Source of the DNA: Epithemia pelagica
Taxonomy: Eukaryota; Protista; Bacillariophyta
Direction of reading: 5' to 3'
Assembly (NCBI GenBank): GCA_946965045.2
Contig: OX337242.1
Location: 1,674,001 to 1,738,000 of the forward strand
Length of the DNA stretch: 64,000 bases
The translations under genes were made by a program, and so were the position numbers. Below, piece after piece: positions 1 through 11,291 of the stretch. The notes beneath the pieces were generated by a model that saw only the letters and a list, made by a program, of their open reading frames with translations, did not search any database and was not told where the DNA came from. Each line of letters begins with the position of its first letter. Positions within the stretch are counted from its first letter, which is position 1.

Positions 1-2300
1 AACCGCCTTTCCCACCAAGGAACCGACCACGTCCCCATCTCCACCCTCACCCCCCTGCCCAACAAAAACAAAAACAAGAAAAACAAGCACAAGCCCTCCC
101 CGTCACCCACTGCATTCGACCATTTCAACAAGACCCTTCGCTCTATGTCCAAGCCCACGTCCCCTCCACACCTTCAACGCACCCCCACCCCCACGACCGC
201 CTCCTCCACCGCCAACACGACACCGTCTCCCACCACCACCACGCCGTCTCCCACCACCACGCCAACCGCGACACCCAAGACCCCGTCCGCCCCTACCAAC
301 ACACCCACCACCAAACCCTCCAACCCCAACCCCCCCCCTCCATCACCAACCCCTACAAGACACCCAAACACTCCACGAAACAAGCCACCCCGCCCAGCCT
401 GTACTCCTACCACAACGAGGACAACCCCACCGACACCCCCACCGGCATGATCGTCTGGAACGCCTACGTCCACCACGACCCCGACCCACAACGCGAACAA
501 CGCCTCCCTCCCCTCAGCGGCACCACCATCAAAAACATAATCGAAGCCACGTTAGAGCACCACAAGACCCGAGAAAACATCATCCTCCTCCAAGTCCACG
601 AAGTTACGTACCAAAACACCAAGATCCCCTCCCCACCCCGACGCGGCATCACAAACTCCACGCCACGAGGCCACGTGTCCACATTCCAAGTCAAACTCCG
701 CCCAACAGCCACAGACGACCAATTCGATCCCGAGCTTTTTCACGAACAAGCCCGCAAATTCATTTTACAAAAGTGGAACCACCACCACCACTCCGATTTC
801 ACGCTGGACCCCACCACCGGGATCCGAGACATCCTCCCTCCAGGTACCCAAGAATCCCACCCCACCACCAACGAACGCGCCTCCCAACTCCGCTTGTATG
901 CACCCGCGTGCAACCACACCGACTGTCGTGGTCTCGGCATCCTAGCAGGCCTCCCTCCGAAAACCCTTTTCCACAAACGCGCTTTTCTAGACGTCCTCGC
1001 CGCCATCCGCAAACAACTCCTCCCCTTCCTACCCAACGACCTCCACCTGACCGAGGATTTCAACACCCACATTGGCCTCCGTGACGGTACAATCACGGGC
1101 AGCCAATCTCCCAAGGGCCCACACCTCACCCTACCAACCCTCATCATCTCCGCATCTTCAACCGAGAAATTCGACACCCTCCTCGAAGCCACGGAAACAT
1201 ACACCGCCGCCAACAAACATGACCTCACCTACCACAACACCCCGTTTCACCTACTCCCCTTCCCAGAAAATCCCCTTGAACGCACCGAATACGTCAACAG
1301 CCTCAAGACCATCGAACAAAACTACTCGACATGCACCGTCGTACGCCTCCACAACATAAACCCCCAAGCTACCCCAGACGACTGGGACGCCTTATACCAC
1401 CTCAAGGACTACCGAGGCATCTTCCCACAGTTCACCGCCCACAACCCCTCCCCGGAGAGCCACCACCTTTATCTCCATTGCAACTTGGGAACCATCCATG
1501 TCACCCCCGCCAACATCCCACAAAAACTAGCCGCATTCCCCACCAACCTCCTCCTCACCACCACCGCGACCATCGCCTCCACAACACCACCGACCCCTCC
1601 TCCACACCGACCCTCCTCCATCCAACGCACCAAACGCCTCGCGGCCTTAGCCAACAGGTTTCACCCAATCCACAATTTCGTCGACCTCACCACCCCTCCA
1701 TCTTCCCCGACACCCAACACCGAACCCTTCCATGAACCAGACAACACGGACGAAACACTACAAACTCGCAAACGCCCCGCATCCCCACACGACGCCCCAC
1801 TCCCATCCGTCGACAGCAAACCACCCACCCCGCTCCGCTCCAACCACTTCGCCGCCCTCGCCGAAGAAGATGACGACGACAACCCCACGGATGCTCCCAC
1901 CACTCCTCCCCCCGACTCAAACCTCCTCACACACAACACGAAAAACAACCCCGATGCCAACAACTCCCCAGACGAACACACACGCCCTTCCGACCACCTC
2001 CTACACCTCATCCCCACTGGCCACTTCTCATTTTCACAAGACACAACACACGAATTGGAGCTGTTAGATGACTACATTCGCAGTAACAACCCGACGCTCC
2101 TGACCACCTTCGCCGACCAAGTCACAAATAAACTTACCTCCTTCAACACCACAGATGCCAAAACCATTTGGCAATTCGCCCATGATCTCCTCAATGACCC
2201 AACCACCACCTTCCAGAACGACCCCCCCACCAACGCGATGGACATCGACTCTCACCCCACAAACCAACACCACCCCTCGGGGAACACAGCCCAAAAATGA
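1..2300 (+). CDS. ORF1 of the non-LTR element (partial; probable frameshift in the poly-C run near 330-340)
   Basis: Frame 1 is open from base 1 to 450. The frame of ORF 447..2300 already reads protein-like upstream of its ATG (SITNPYKTPKH...SLYSYHNEDNP), so an indel in the C run probably joins the two. Ends in an ATGA overlap with ORF2. Confidence 0.6.
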   Translation, partial: PPFPPRNRPRPHLHPHPPAQQKQKQEKQAQALPVTHCIRPFQQDPSLYVQAHVPSTPSTHPHPHDRLLHRQHDTVSHHHHAVSHHHANRDTQDPVRPYQHTHHQTLQPQPPPSITNPYKTPKHSTKQATPPSLYSYHNEDNPTDTPTGMIVWNAYVHHDPDPQREQRLPPLSGTTIKNIIEATLEHHKTRENIILLQVHEVTYQNTKIPSPPRRGITNSTPRGHVSTFQVKLRPTATDDQFDPELFHEQARKFILQKWNHHHHSDFTLDPTTGIRDILPPGTQESHPTTNERASQLRLYAPACNHTDCRGLGILAGLPPKTLFHKRAFLDVLAAIRKQLLPFLPNDLHLTEDFNTHIGLRDGTITGSQSPKGPHLTLPTLIISASSTEKFDTLLEATETYTAANKHDLTYHNTPFHLLPFPENPLERTEYVNSLKTIEQNYSTCTVVRLHNINPQATPDDWDALYHLKDYRGIFPQFTAHNPSPESHHLYLHCNLGTIHVTPANIPQKLAAFPTNLLLTTTATIASTTPPTPPPHRPSSIQRTKRLAALANRFHPIHNFVDLTTPPSSPTPNTEPFHEPDNTDETLQTRKRPASPHDAPLPSVDSKPPTPLRSNHFAALAEEDDDDNPTDAPTTPPPDSNLLTHNTKNNPDANNSPDEHTRPSDHLLHLIPTGHFSFSQDTTHELELLDDYIRSNNPTLLTTFADQVTNKLTSFNTTDAKTIWQFAHDLLNDPTTTFQNDPPTNAMDIDSHPTNQHHPSGNTAQK

Positions 2301-4977
2301 CCAGTCGCCCCCAAACATCCAATTCCACCCCCTGCCCCTACCCCTCCTGCTCCTGGCACTCCACCCCCTCAGCCACTCCACGCCAAACAACAGACCAACT
2401 ACGACTCCACCTCCAACAAGCACACCCAGACCAACCAACCACCCACCTTAGTGACCGCTTTTGTCATCAACACCAACTTCACCCGTGTCGACTCTGCAAC
2501 GAGCCCAACGCCATCTACCTCACCCCAAGACACCTCCAAGCCCACGTCAACAAAAGCCACTGTCGCCAGGACACCAACATCAACATTGTTCAACATACAC
2601 TGCGCCACTTGTCCGCCTCCCAAACCCAACAATGGCTCGATCAACTAGCTTTCCTGTACAATCTTGACCTCACACCGCCGCCATTCCGCCGCTCATCCTT
2701 CACCAAGCTAAAACCACAAGCCAAGCGCCTCTCTCTCCAGACCATGAACATGGTCGTAGATTGGACCAACCAAGCCTCCCTCCCCTTCGCCACCACTACC
2801 AGAACAACCCATCACAAGCACAACACAGATAGTGTCCCGTTCTGGAAACTCTTATTTCTCCTCGAAGCACTCCTCCTCGCCCCAATCCAACAAACTCCCC
2901 ATCGAACACACCACAACGCCCTCAAACACCGAGTAGCCCAATTGAAACAAGGAGACCTCATCCTCCTCTACAACACAATCTGGCACCCACCACCTCCCCA
3001 CCTCCACCGCCACAAACGCACAAACAAACACAAACACCAACAACAACCCCACAACACCACACCAACAACACCCACCCCCACATCCATGGCCTTTTTCGCA
3101 CAGCAAGCAGCAGACCTCGGCAACATACGGGCCGCCCACAACCGTCTCACCGCCACCATGCCCATAGCAACACTCACCCCAGAACGAATCAACATCGTCG
3201 CGACCACCCTCTATCCACCCCGCATTGATCCACCCCACAACCTACGCAACCACCAATACACACCAAACCACCACACAACCATCCCCGACAGTGTCTTCGA
3301 ACAAGGACTCCATCGCCTCAGCCAAGGAACCGCCCCGGGCCCCTTCTCCGCCTCCATCGACAGCCTGAGAGCTCTTGGCCTCCAACGCTCCACCACACAT
3401 CCAGCCTCAGACCGACCTTATTTCCACAACTTGAAAAAACTCTTTACCTTTCTCCTCAACAACCAGATTCCATCATCCATCCGGCCATACTTCTCTTCAA
3501 TCCACTTTTTCGCTCTCCACAAGGATATGAACAACCTCAACAAACTCCGGCCCATCGGTATCGGCACTGCACTTCGTCGCGCCGCTGCCACCATCGCCCT
3601 CTCCCTCACCTCCAACGACATCGAACCTCTACTCACACAACAAGGTCAATACGGAATAAACACTAGCGGAGGAGTCGATTTTACCGCCCACCTCACACAA
3701 CAACACATCGACCGATACATCACCAAGGACAACTCCACACCTCCCTCCAGAGCACTCATCCTCCTTGATCTGACAAACATGTTCAACGCATGTTCTCGGT
3801 CGCGATGTCGAGAAATACTCCAACGCAACGACGCCACAAAACCCCTACTCGCCCTCTTCGACCTCCTCTATGCCGCTGATACAAACAACTGGTATCAAGA
3901 CCATGAAGGCAACAACCACACACTCAACCAGCCAGAGGGTTTCAGTCAGGGCTGCCCCTTAAGCCCATTATTCGCATGTCTCGTCCTGTCCGCCCTCACC
4001 GCTACCGTCAACAAAACATTATCAACCCGCGCCCTCGAACGAATCCGCCAACACATCACAGCAGACGATAACCTGGGCGGAGTGAGTCACACCGCCAGTG
4101 TCATGGACGACACGTCCGTTTGTCTCTTGCACGAAGATTTGCTGCCCTTTCTCAACGAATTCGATTCTCTCGGCAAACCTTACGGCATTCACCTCCACAA
4201 AACCAAAACAAAAATCGTGCACAATGGACCCGCACCTCCTCCGACGTGCACCTCGAGCCCACCAACCTTCTCCCCCATCACCCACGCAACATCCGGCCCG
4301 CCGACATCGGCATTGCTTTCCATCCCCCCTTCCCTGACAATCGGTTTCATTACCTTGCCATCGACATCACGATCCCTCCCCCCCATCCTCACTTGCCACC
4401 CACCGAGCCCACAGCAGAGCAACTCCGTCATGGTCAATCGTTCGATACAATCGCAAACGACGCCTCCCAGATTCACCATCACGCCGCTCGCCACAAATTC
4501 ACTCATGACACCACCACCACCGCTCTCATCAACTCAAACGACCTCCTCCTTCTGCCTTTTTCCATCGACCACCTGGGAGGATTGGGTAACTTCGCCCACA
4601 CTCTCTTCTTTGGACAGCCACCTTTCTATTCTCTCTCTTCCTCCAACCCTCCCAACTGGACCACCCCCCAACTCGGACGCTCTGACCGCTGCCTTCCCCA
4701 CCCCGATGGTTTTTTGGCTTTTCAAAATCTTCGCTTTGCTCCTTCCAACCTCATCCACACAGCACAGACCCACACCCCTCCCGGCCCTTCTTCGCGTCCG
4801 ATGACCCTTGCCCACCATGCCAAGCTCACCCTCGGCCATGCTATCACTACCGCGTTGGCCCAACACGTACTCGACGCCCTTTCCACCACCGACACTCATC
4901 TCGCCCAACAACGCAAACTCTGCCGCCTCCAAAAATCTTCTGTGTTCACCGTCTGTCCGGCCCCAACTCTAGTATAG
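2297..4977 (+). pseudogene. ORF2 (zinc fingers-RT-RLE), broken by a deletion/frameshift near 4220
   Basis: RT runs to YGIHLHKTKTKIV (~4218). The RLE motif follows at once in another frame (ORF 4120..4977). No thumb/linker/CCHC region is visible between them. Confidence 0.8.
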
Positions 4978-5379
4978 TCACACCCATAACCTATTCTAGC
5001 GACAAAAACATGGCAATGGCACGTATTGATTTGTGACGATCGCTTACCATCTCTTTTTCCATTGTTGTGTTCCCTACTTCCTACAATGGGATAAGAACCA
5101 TGCACAGCAAGACGATTCGAGGATCACGGATCGGAAGGAATGCAACAATCAAACAAATGCATCATTCAAACTATTGATGTGTTCGATTATCAGACAATCA
5201 ATCGGAAATCGGACAGGGAATACAATAGGACGATTGGACTGCAACCTACAACCTACATCTACATTGGCCATGAACAACAACATGATTCACCATGACAGTC
5301 AACAATGAAGAGGGAGAACAACGAGTCCTCCATCTTTGGTTTATGCTTTGTGCTCTCGTTGATTGTCATATTTGAATTC

Positions 5380-5593
5380 CGCAACTTCCGCGGCCGCACG
5401 CCGGGCACCTTTTTAACCGAAACAAGAGAGGGCATATGCGCAATGCGTACGCGCAACGCGAGATAGCGGCGTTCTTTTAACGGAGATCGTGGAGTTTATT
5501 TCCCTTTGGCTCCGCTAATCCGCTATCCGGATAGCGAGGCCAATCAGAAAGCCCCAATACGTCAGCATCAGCATAGCGGCGGAGATAGCCTAA
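5380..5593. mobile_element. Possible solo terminus of a DNA transposon (PIF/Harbinger-like)
   Basis: Clustered ATAGC/GCTAT motifs (5462, 5521, 5530, 5573, 5584), a perfect 16-bp palindrome CGCTATCCGGATAGCG, and an end ...GATAGCC followed by TAA. No partner terminus found. Confidence 0.25.
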
Positions 5594-5652
5594 GTACAAT
5601 CTTCTGGGAACATGTTTGGTTGTAATTTGTACAATGAAATGATAACAATGCA

Positions 5653-5687
5653 TTTCCACTTTCCACTTTCCACTTTCCACTTTCCAC
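5653..5687. repeat. (TTTCCAC)5 minisatellite
   Basis: Five perfect 7-bp units read directly. Confidence 0.95.
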
Positions 5688-6209
5688 GCCACGAAAGGTG
5701 TGTATGAAAGTTGACCGACGAGTTTCTCCTGAGACGATACCTTCCACCGCCAGAGAAGTACTGCTGCTCAACACTGAATCGAACCCGAAGAAATGGCAAT
5801 TCTCGAAGGATGCTGGTGCTTTGTCCCTCGTCAATTGACTTCTCTTTAGCTGTCCTGGTGCCAATGTCGTCGTTGTCATGGATCCGGATGTGTTGTCTAT
5901 CGAGCTACTCCTACGTACTACTCCTAGCTAGAGGGGAGTAGGTAGGTAGAGTCGGTAGTTTTTACGCGACCCCCGAAGCATTCAATCCGCGACCAATTGA
6001 TGAGACTGCGTCATCACGTCGAATCATCGCATCGGATGTCGTGTTACAATGATCGAGGTGCAGCATCGGACATCGAGGATCGAGAATAGATCCGAAACTG
6101 AGTGGATCGTCGAAATCCATAATCCTTCAAGGAAGAGCGTTATATATGGGCCATTTAAACGAAGAGGGACATACGTGAACAGCTTTGACTCGGTGTGAAG
6201 GAGAGAACA

Positions 6210-7109
6210 ATGCGCTCGTTCACACTCCAGGCAATCGCTTCTCTTTGGTGCCTCTCATGCACGATTTCGAGAGTAGAATCCTTTGGAACAGGTCGTCCGC
6301 CCTTTTTGGCTTCGCGATGCCGAAATGGTCGTAGCCAGCTGGATGTTGGTTCCAATGGTGACAACACTTTGGCAAGCATTAACGATGATTGTGGATGCCC
6401 ATCCCAGGTTGTTGAGTTTGGTGGTGATCCCTCCGCTCGTGCTCAGTCACTGAACCACTATGAAGCGATTCGGAATGTCCCATTTCAACGTCTCTCAGGC
6501 GAAGAAGTGACCATGGACAACCTTATATCATCTGGTTCCCAAGATGGCGTTTCTATTGCCGTCTTTTTGCGCTCCTTGGGATGACCCTTGTGTCAAGAAT
6601 ACCTGTTGCAGTGGAGTCAACGGATGACCGAACTGCAACGCCAAGGTATTCAGCTGACGATCGTCTCGATTGGCCTTCCAGAGAAGGGTCAGGCCTTGGT
6701 ATATCACTTGGGGTTGGAGGACGCATTGGGCAACGATACCCTGTTTGTCGACCCGGAAAATGCGCTGTACAATGCTTTGGATTTGAATCGCGGAGTGCAA
6801 CGCACGTTTTTCACGATTGACACACCCTTTGCCTTTTTGGATCGTTTCACGCGTCGCGATGGAACACGAGAATTGGGTCAAGTGTTGAGTAAATGGTTGA
6901 ATGGCGCCGTCTATATACCACCCAAACAAGAACAGGGGCTGTTGCAAGGCGGTGTCTTTGTCTTTCAACGTTTTCCCAACAAACCCACTCTGACCCTTTT
7001 GGCTCATTACGACCCATCGACGGCGGCACATGCCTCGATTGATCGGGTGATGGACATTGCCAGGACGGCGCAACAAACCACGACCACCACAACCAGTGGG
7101 ATCCCTTAG
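6210..7109 (+). CDS. PRXL2/SelU-like (AhpC-TSA-type) thioredoxin-fold protein; putative selenoprotein with UGA at 6582-6584
   Basis: ORFs 6195..6584 and 6588..7109 are in the same frame. The junction reads VFLRSLG-TGA-PLCQEY (UxxC). Downstream family-like motifs: VSIG, LFVDPENALYNALDL, QGGVFVF. The N-terminus is a signal peptide ending VES-F plus a transit-like stretch. Confidence 0.85.
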
Positions 7110-7721
7110 TGAATAATGACACAATCAACACTGTGACATTGGTTTGGAAACTCAATGGTTGGAATGACGGTGGTTTTCGTATCTCTTTCGATACTATCAA
7201 TACCTGAGACACGACCGTGCCCCAAACCGTGATTGCCAGAGGGATCAGTGTTCAGTTGGATCCGTTTTCCAGTTGTCTTGTTTTCGTGCGAGGGTCCAAA
7301 CTCTTGTAGTGTATTTGGATTGTTCGATGGACCGGCCCATTCCATCGGTTCCCCAGCTTGAATGACGTTGTCAAAATTTCTTCACTTCTGCATCCAGTAA
7401 AGAGTGAGGAAACTTGAGACGACTGAACCAATAGCAGGAATGGATGGAGTGGTGATCGGAGTACATCAAAAGTACCTGCGAGGGATGAAGTGAAGGATAA
7501 CATGAACCAGAGACGATGATACCAATTGGATAATATTTCTCATAGTTTAGCGTAGTTTTGTGTAAGAATACTGGGTATTCTACCTAGAATAGTTTTGTAG
7601 GAATACTGGCGCCACCGCAAAAGATTTCGCCTTGTTATGTTTAGGATCATTCCGTGTCATGTTGCTATCATGCAACTTCACAATCTTGCAACTTGCCTCC
7701 TCGGCTTCATCTCTTCACAGT

Positions 7722-7778
7722 CCAAACCGATGCATCATTGTGGTCAAAGCCAAACCGACGCACCATTGTGAGTCAAAG
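7722..7778. repeat. 28/29-bp imperfect tandem duplication just beyond the 5S terminator
   Basis: CCAAACCGATGCATCATTGTGGTCAAAG followed by CCAAACCGACGCACCATTGTGAGTCAAAG. Confidence 0.85.
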
Positions 7779-7780
7779 CC

Positions 7781-7878
7781 AAAAAGAACAACACCCGGGA
7801 TTCCAACGTGGTCCCCCACTGGTGCTTAACTTCGCTGAGCAGACGGGAAGCGGTGCTGTCATCGTGGTATGGTCATTC
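7781..7878 (-). pseudogene. 5S rRNA gene copy with an internal deletion of roughly 25 nt
   Basis: Minus strand reads GAATGACCATACCACGATGACAGCACCGCTTCCCGTCTGCTCAGCGAAGTTAAGCAC-CAGTGGGGGACCACGTTGGAATCCCGGGTGTTGTTC then TTTTT. Helix I ends pair (GAAUGAC/GUUGUUC). Length is 93 nt versus ~119 expected. Confidence 0.88.
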
Positions 7879-7981
7879 CTGAAACTAGGCGACTTCCTTA
7901 TGTATGTAAACATAGTTTTTATTCTCACAAGATATCCAAGACAACAAAATCTATCTATCGACGACTGGTTTGGATTTGACG

Positions 7982-9142
7982 ATGAAAATGCCTGTAAACA
8001 TGATGCCTCGTTTGTATCTAGGAACCATGACGTTTGGTTGGTCCCAGACATCGTCTCGTGTCGATGAATCGATTGCATTGAAAATGGTCCAACAGTTTGT
8101 CCATCACAACCTACAGGAGGAAGGACAACCACTGCATTACGTTGACACGGCCCGTATCTATGCAGGCGGAAAGACGGAACCAATTGTGGGAAATGTTCTT
8201 TCCAAATGCCTGGACCAACAACACAAGCAAGATTCGTCGAAACCTGTAATGTTTGCAATTGGGACCAAGGCTCATCCATCACAGCCAGGAGGATTATCAA
8301 CAGAAGGCATTGAATCACAATTACAAGCTTCGTTGGAAGCCATGAAAAGTTTGAAAGACGGAGGAAATGAGCAAAATCTTTCTCCTTTGGCAGAGTTTTA
8401 TTTGCATCAACCCGATACCGAACATGACCTTCGTGAAAGTTTGATTTGCATGCATCGGTTGGTCCAACAGGGTCTCATTGAAAAGGTGGGCATGAGCAAT
8501 TACCACGCCAGTGAAATGGAACGAGCCTTTTCAATTTGTCAAGAAGAAAATTTGACACCGCCCACAGTTTATCAGGGATTGTACAATCCCTTGAATCGAA
8601 TGGTTGAAGACGAATTGTTGCCTCTGTTGCACAAACACAATTGTTCCTTTGTGGCCTACAATCCCTTGGCGGCTGGTTTGTTGGCTGGCAAACACACAAG
8701 TTTAGAAATAGTCCAAAAGGGACGATTCAAAAACAATACCAATTACCTACCACGCTTTTATACGAACGCCAATTTCCAAGCTGTCGACCTGATACGAACC
8801 GCCTGTGCTCAATGCCAAGCCGAAGATGGCAAGGCCATGTCCATGGTCGAAGCAACTTATCGTTGGTTGTTGTGTCATTCGGCTTTGACCAAGCACGATG
8901 GAGTGTTGCTGGGTGCTAGCTCGTTGGCGCAACTGGATCAAAACTCGCAAGCCTGTGCGGCAGCACAAAGCGCCGAAGCATTGCCACCCACGGTCTTGGA
9001 CGCCTTTGATCAAGCCTGGGCCATTACCAAAGAAGAGGGTTGTTTTCCGTATTGGAGGAGCTATTCCGCCGATATGCCAAATCGTGAATCCTTGGATCCA
9101 GGTGCCTCTTACAAGGCCTCCAAAACAACCAACACAAAATAA
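7982..9142 (+). CDS. Aldo-keto reductase, AKR7/aflatoxin B1 aldehyde reductase-like
   Basis: LYLGTMTFG, VDTARIYAGG, FYLHQPD, GMSNY, YQGLYNPLNR, AYNPLAAGLLAGK, LLGASS motifs; single exon. Confidence 0.92.
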   Translation: MKMPVNMMPRLYLGTMTFGWSQTSSRVDESIALKMVQQFVHHNLQEEGQPLHYVDTARIYAGGKTEPIVGNVLSKCLDQQHKQDSSKPVMFAIGTKAHPSQPGGLSTEGIESQLQASLEAMKSLKDGGNEQNLSPLAEFYLHQPDTEHDLRESLICMHRLVQQGLIEKVGMSNYHASEMERAFSICQEENLTPPTVYQGLYNPLNRMVEDELLPLLHKHNCSFVAYNPLAAGLLAGKHTSLEIVQKGRFKNNTNYLPRFYTNANFQAVDLIRTACAQCQAEDGKAMSMVEATYRWLLCHSALTKHDGVLLGASSLAQLDQNSQACAAAQSAEALPPTVLDAFDQAWAITKEEGCFPYWRSYSADMPNRESLDPGASYKASKTTNTK

Positions 9143-9391
9143 AATAAGGTCGAAACAAATCAAACGACCCAGCGAGGCGAGTGCTTCTCTTTCGGCTATA
9201 TGAGAGAAGAACGCACATTGCGTTTTATAAGATAGACGGAAGGTAGAGTAGATTACCATAGTGGTTGGAATAGTAAGGGTCTGTGAAGTGCTTTCGGTCA
9301 CGAGAATACTTTGGTATCATGATATGCCGTTATACTATGATTCTGTACATTGAAAGAAGACTTGTTGCAAGGATTCCTAAAATTACAATTC

Positions 9392-11212
9392 CTATTTCTT
9401 GGCATGATCCAGTCGTTGTCGAATCTTTTTGTGGAGTTCCACGAGGTAATCCGAAAGACTCTTTTCTCCACAAACAGCATCGTCCATCAAGAGATTCCAC
9501 ACCAGTGTTTCCAGTCGGCCCGGTTTCTCCTGTAGTACCACATAATGGACAGGTGCATAAATCGGACGCAGTACATTGGATTCCGACCCTTGTTGAGCGG
9601 AACTAAAGGCTCGAATTTGCCATACCATGCGTGCGACCTTGGGTTCGGCTGCCACCAAGGCGGACCATCCTTGTTTGTATTCGTCTCGGGCATCTTTTCC
9701 GACCACGACGTAGATTCGTAATCCGGTATCCAGCAAATACACTTCATCATTGGCCAAACTGGCGCGACTGGCCAGTATGGGAGTAGGCATGGGGACATAG
9801 CCACGAATACTCCCCCGTGGATCCTCCACCGCCAAGTCGCTTGACGTTTTCCATTCCCCACAGAATGTCGCTTCGTCTTGTTGTTGTTGGCTGTCGGATC
9901 CAACAAAGACGGGGTACACCATGGGATGGACCAAGGTCAAGACAATGGCCGGATGACATTGGGCGGCATGTGCTATAAAATAGGCTCGTTCATCGGCTGT
10001 TGGTGTCAACAGGGGTGTGGAAGATTCTCCAAACCATGCTGTCGTACCGGGTCGTAGCATGGGACTTTTGGACAGGCCCATACAAAACATGGGATACAAT
10101 TGCAACTTATCGGGCAATACCAATTGGGATAGGGGTGTTTGCAAAACTGCCTGCGTCCCATGTTGTCGATAACTAGCCAATCGTAGAATACAGTGTTGGA
10201 CCACCGCGTCTCCAGCTTGCACTCGCGTCAATTCTCGTTCCGTGTCCGTCGCATGAGGTTGTGGTTGATGCAATTTGGATACGGTTTGTCGTAAAATCAT
10301 GGTCATGGTGGTCAAAAAGTCAATCGACGAAAAGACATGGTCCACGACGGACGACGTCCGCAAGGCGAGGGTGGACACTCGGACACGACGACTTCCCGTG
10401 GGGGTGGTGTAGAGCAAGGCCGATTGTACATAGCAATACTTGGTATCCTTGGGAATCCCTCCAACGCGATGATCCAATTCAACGGCAATGGCAGTGGAGG
10501 GCGAGACATGGGCCAATTCCAATTCGGGCGATCCTCCCAACAAGGGACTTTCCAAGACGGTTCCAGTTCCTGGATAATAGGCCTTGACTTGCAAACCGGC
10601 GGAACAACGGACTTTAAAGACGGCATCGGCCCCTTGTGGGACGGCTTGAACGTGTCGAGTCAATTCCTGGTACATGTGAGTTTGCCAGTCCCGACACGAG
10701 ACCCAGAGAAATTGGCCACAGGTGGAGCGACAAAATTCACTCAAGGTGGCCACATCCAAAAAGGGTGGTGGATCCACCGCAAAACTGGTATGCATGACAA
10801 TATCCATGGCAATGCCACGTTTGGAGCAAAGCTGTGCCAAGGATTGATAAAAGAGACCCTGTCGTTCTTGGGTTGTGCTCTTGGAGGACCCTTGTTGTTG
10901 TTGATATTGCAAGGGCGTCGAGGCTGGGTAAATGCCTTGGACACGGCCCTTGACATGAACTTGTTCTCGATGCGGGAGACTGCCGACCCCAAAATTGGGT
11001 CGTCGAGCGGTCAAGACAGTCCCTCGTCCTCCGGTATCGTGCAAGGCCTGGGCCAAAAAGGAGGCTGCAGCACCGGCGCAGGACAATTCCAATCCATCCA
11101 ATCCCTGAGCATTGCGTTGTCGTGCCTGTCCTCGGAGTTGCTCCAAATCGCCGGCCAATTCGTCCAAACAGCGTTTCCATCCCTCTAATCCTTCGAGTGG
11201 TTCTGGTTCGTC

Positions 11213-11250
<38 letters not shown>

Positions 11251-11255
11251 GCAAG

Positions 11256-11291
<36 letters not shown>

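Larger units (their letters stand above)
1..5010 (+). mobile_element. CRE-like non-LTR retrotransposon (ORF1 + RT/RLE ORF2), internally deleted; 5' end lies outside the window, 3' end approximate
   Basis: ORF2 has N-terminal C2H2-like fingers, RT motifs (KLRPIGIG, LLDLTNMFN, EGFSQGCPLSP, VMDDT) and a restriction-like endonuclease motif (RPADIG...LAIDIT...PFSIDHLGGLG). The sense strand is strongly C/A-rich. Confidence 0.85.

Noticed and set aside
447-450. ATGA overlap between ORFs 145..450 and 447..2300
   Set aside because: The second frame is already protein-like upstream of 447; an indel in the poly-C run explains it better.
5521-5536. 16-bp palindrome as a Helitron 3' hairpin
   Set aside because: No CTRR end at the expected distance on either strand.
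5653-5687. (TTTCCAC)5 as a telomeric or element tail
   Set aside because: Not a TTAGGG-type unit, and ~700 bp past the end of ORF2 with unrelated sequence between.
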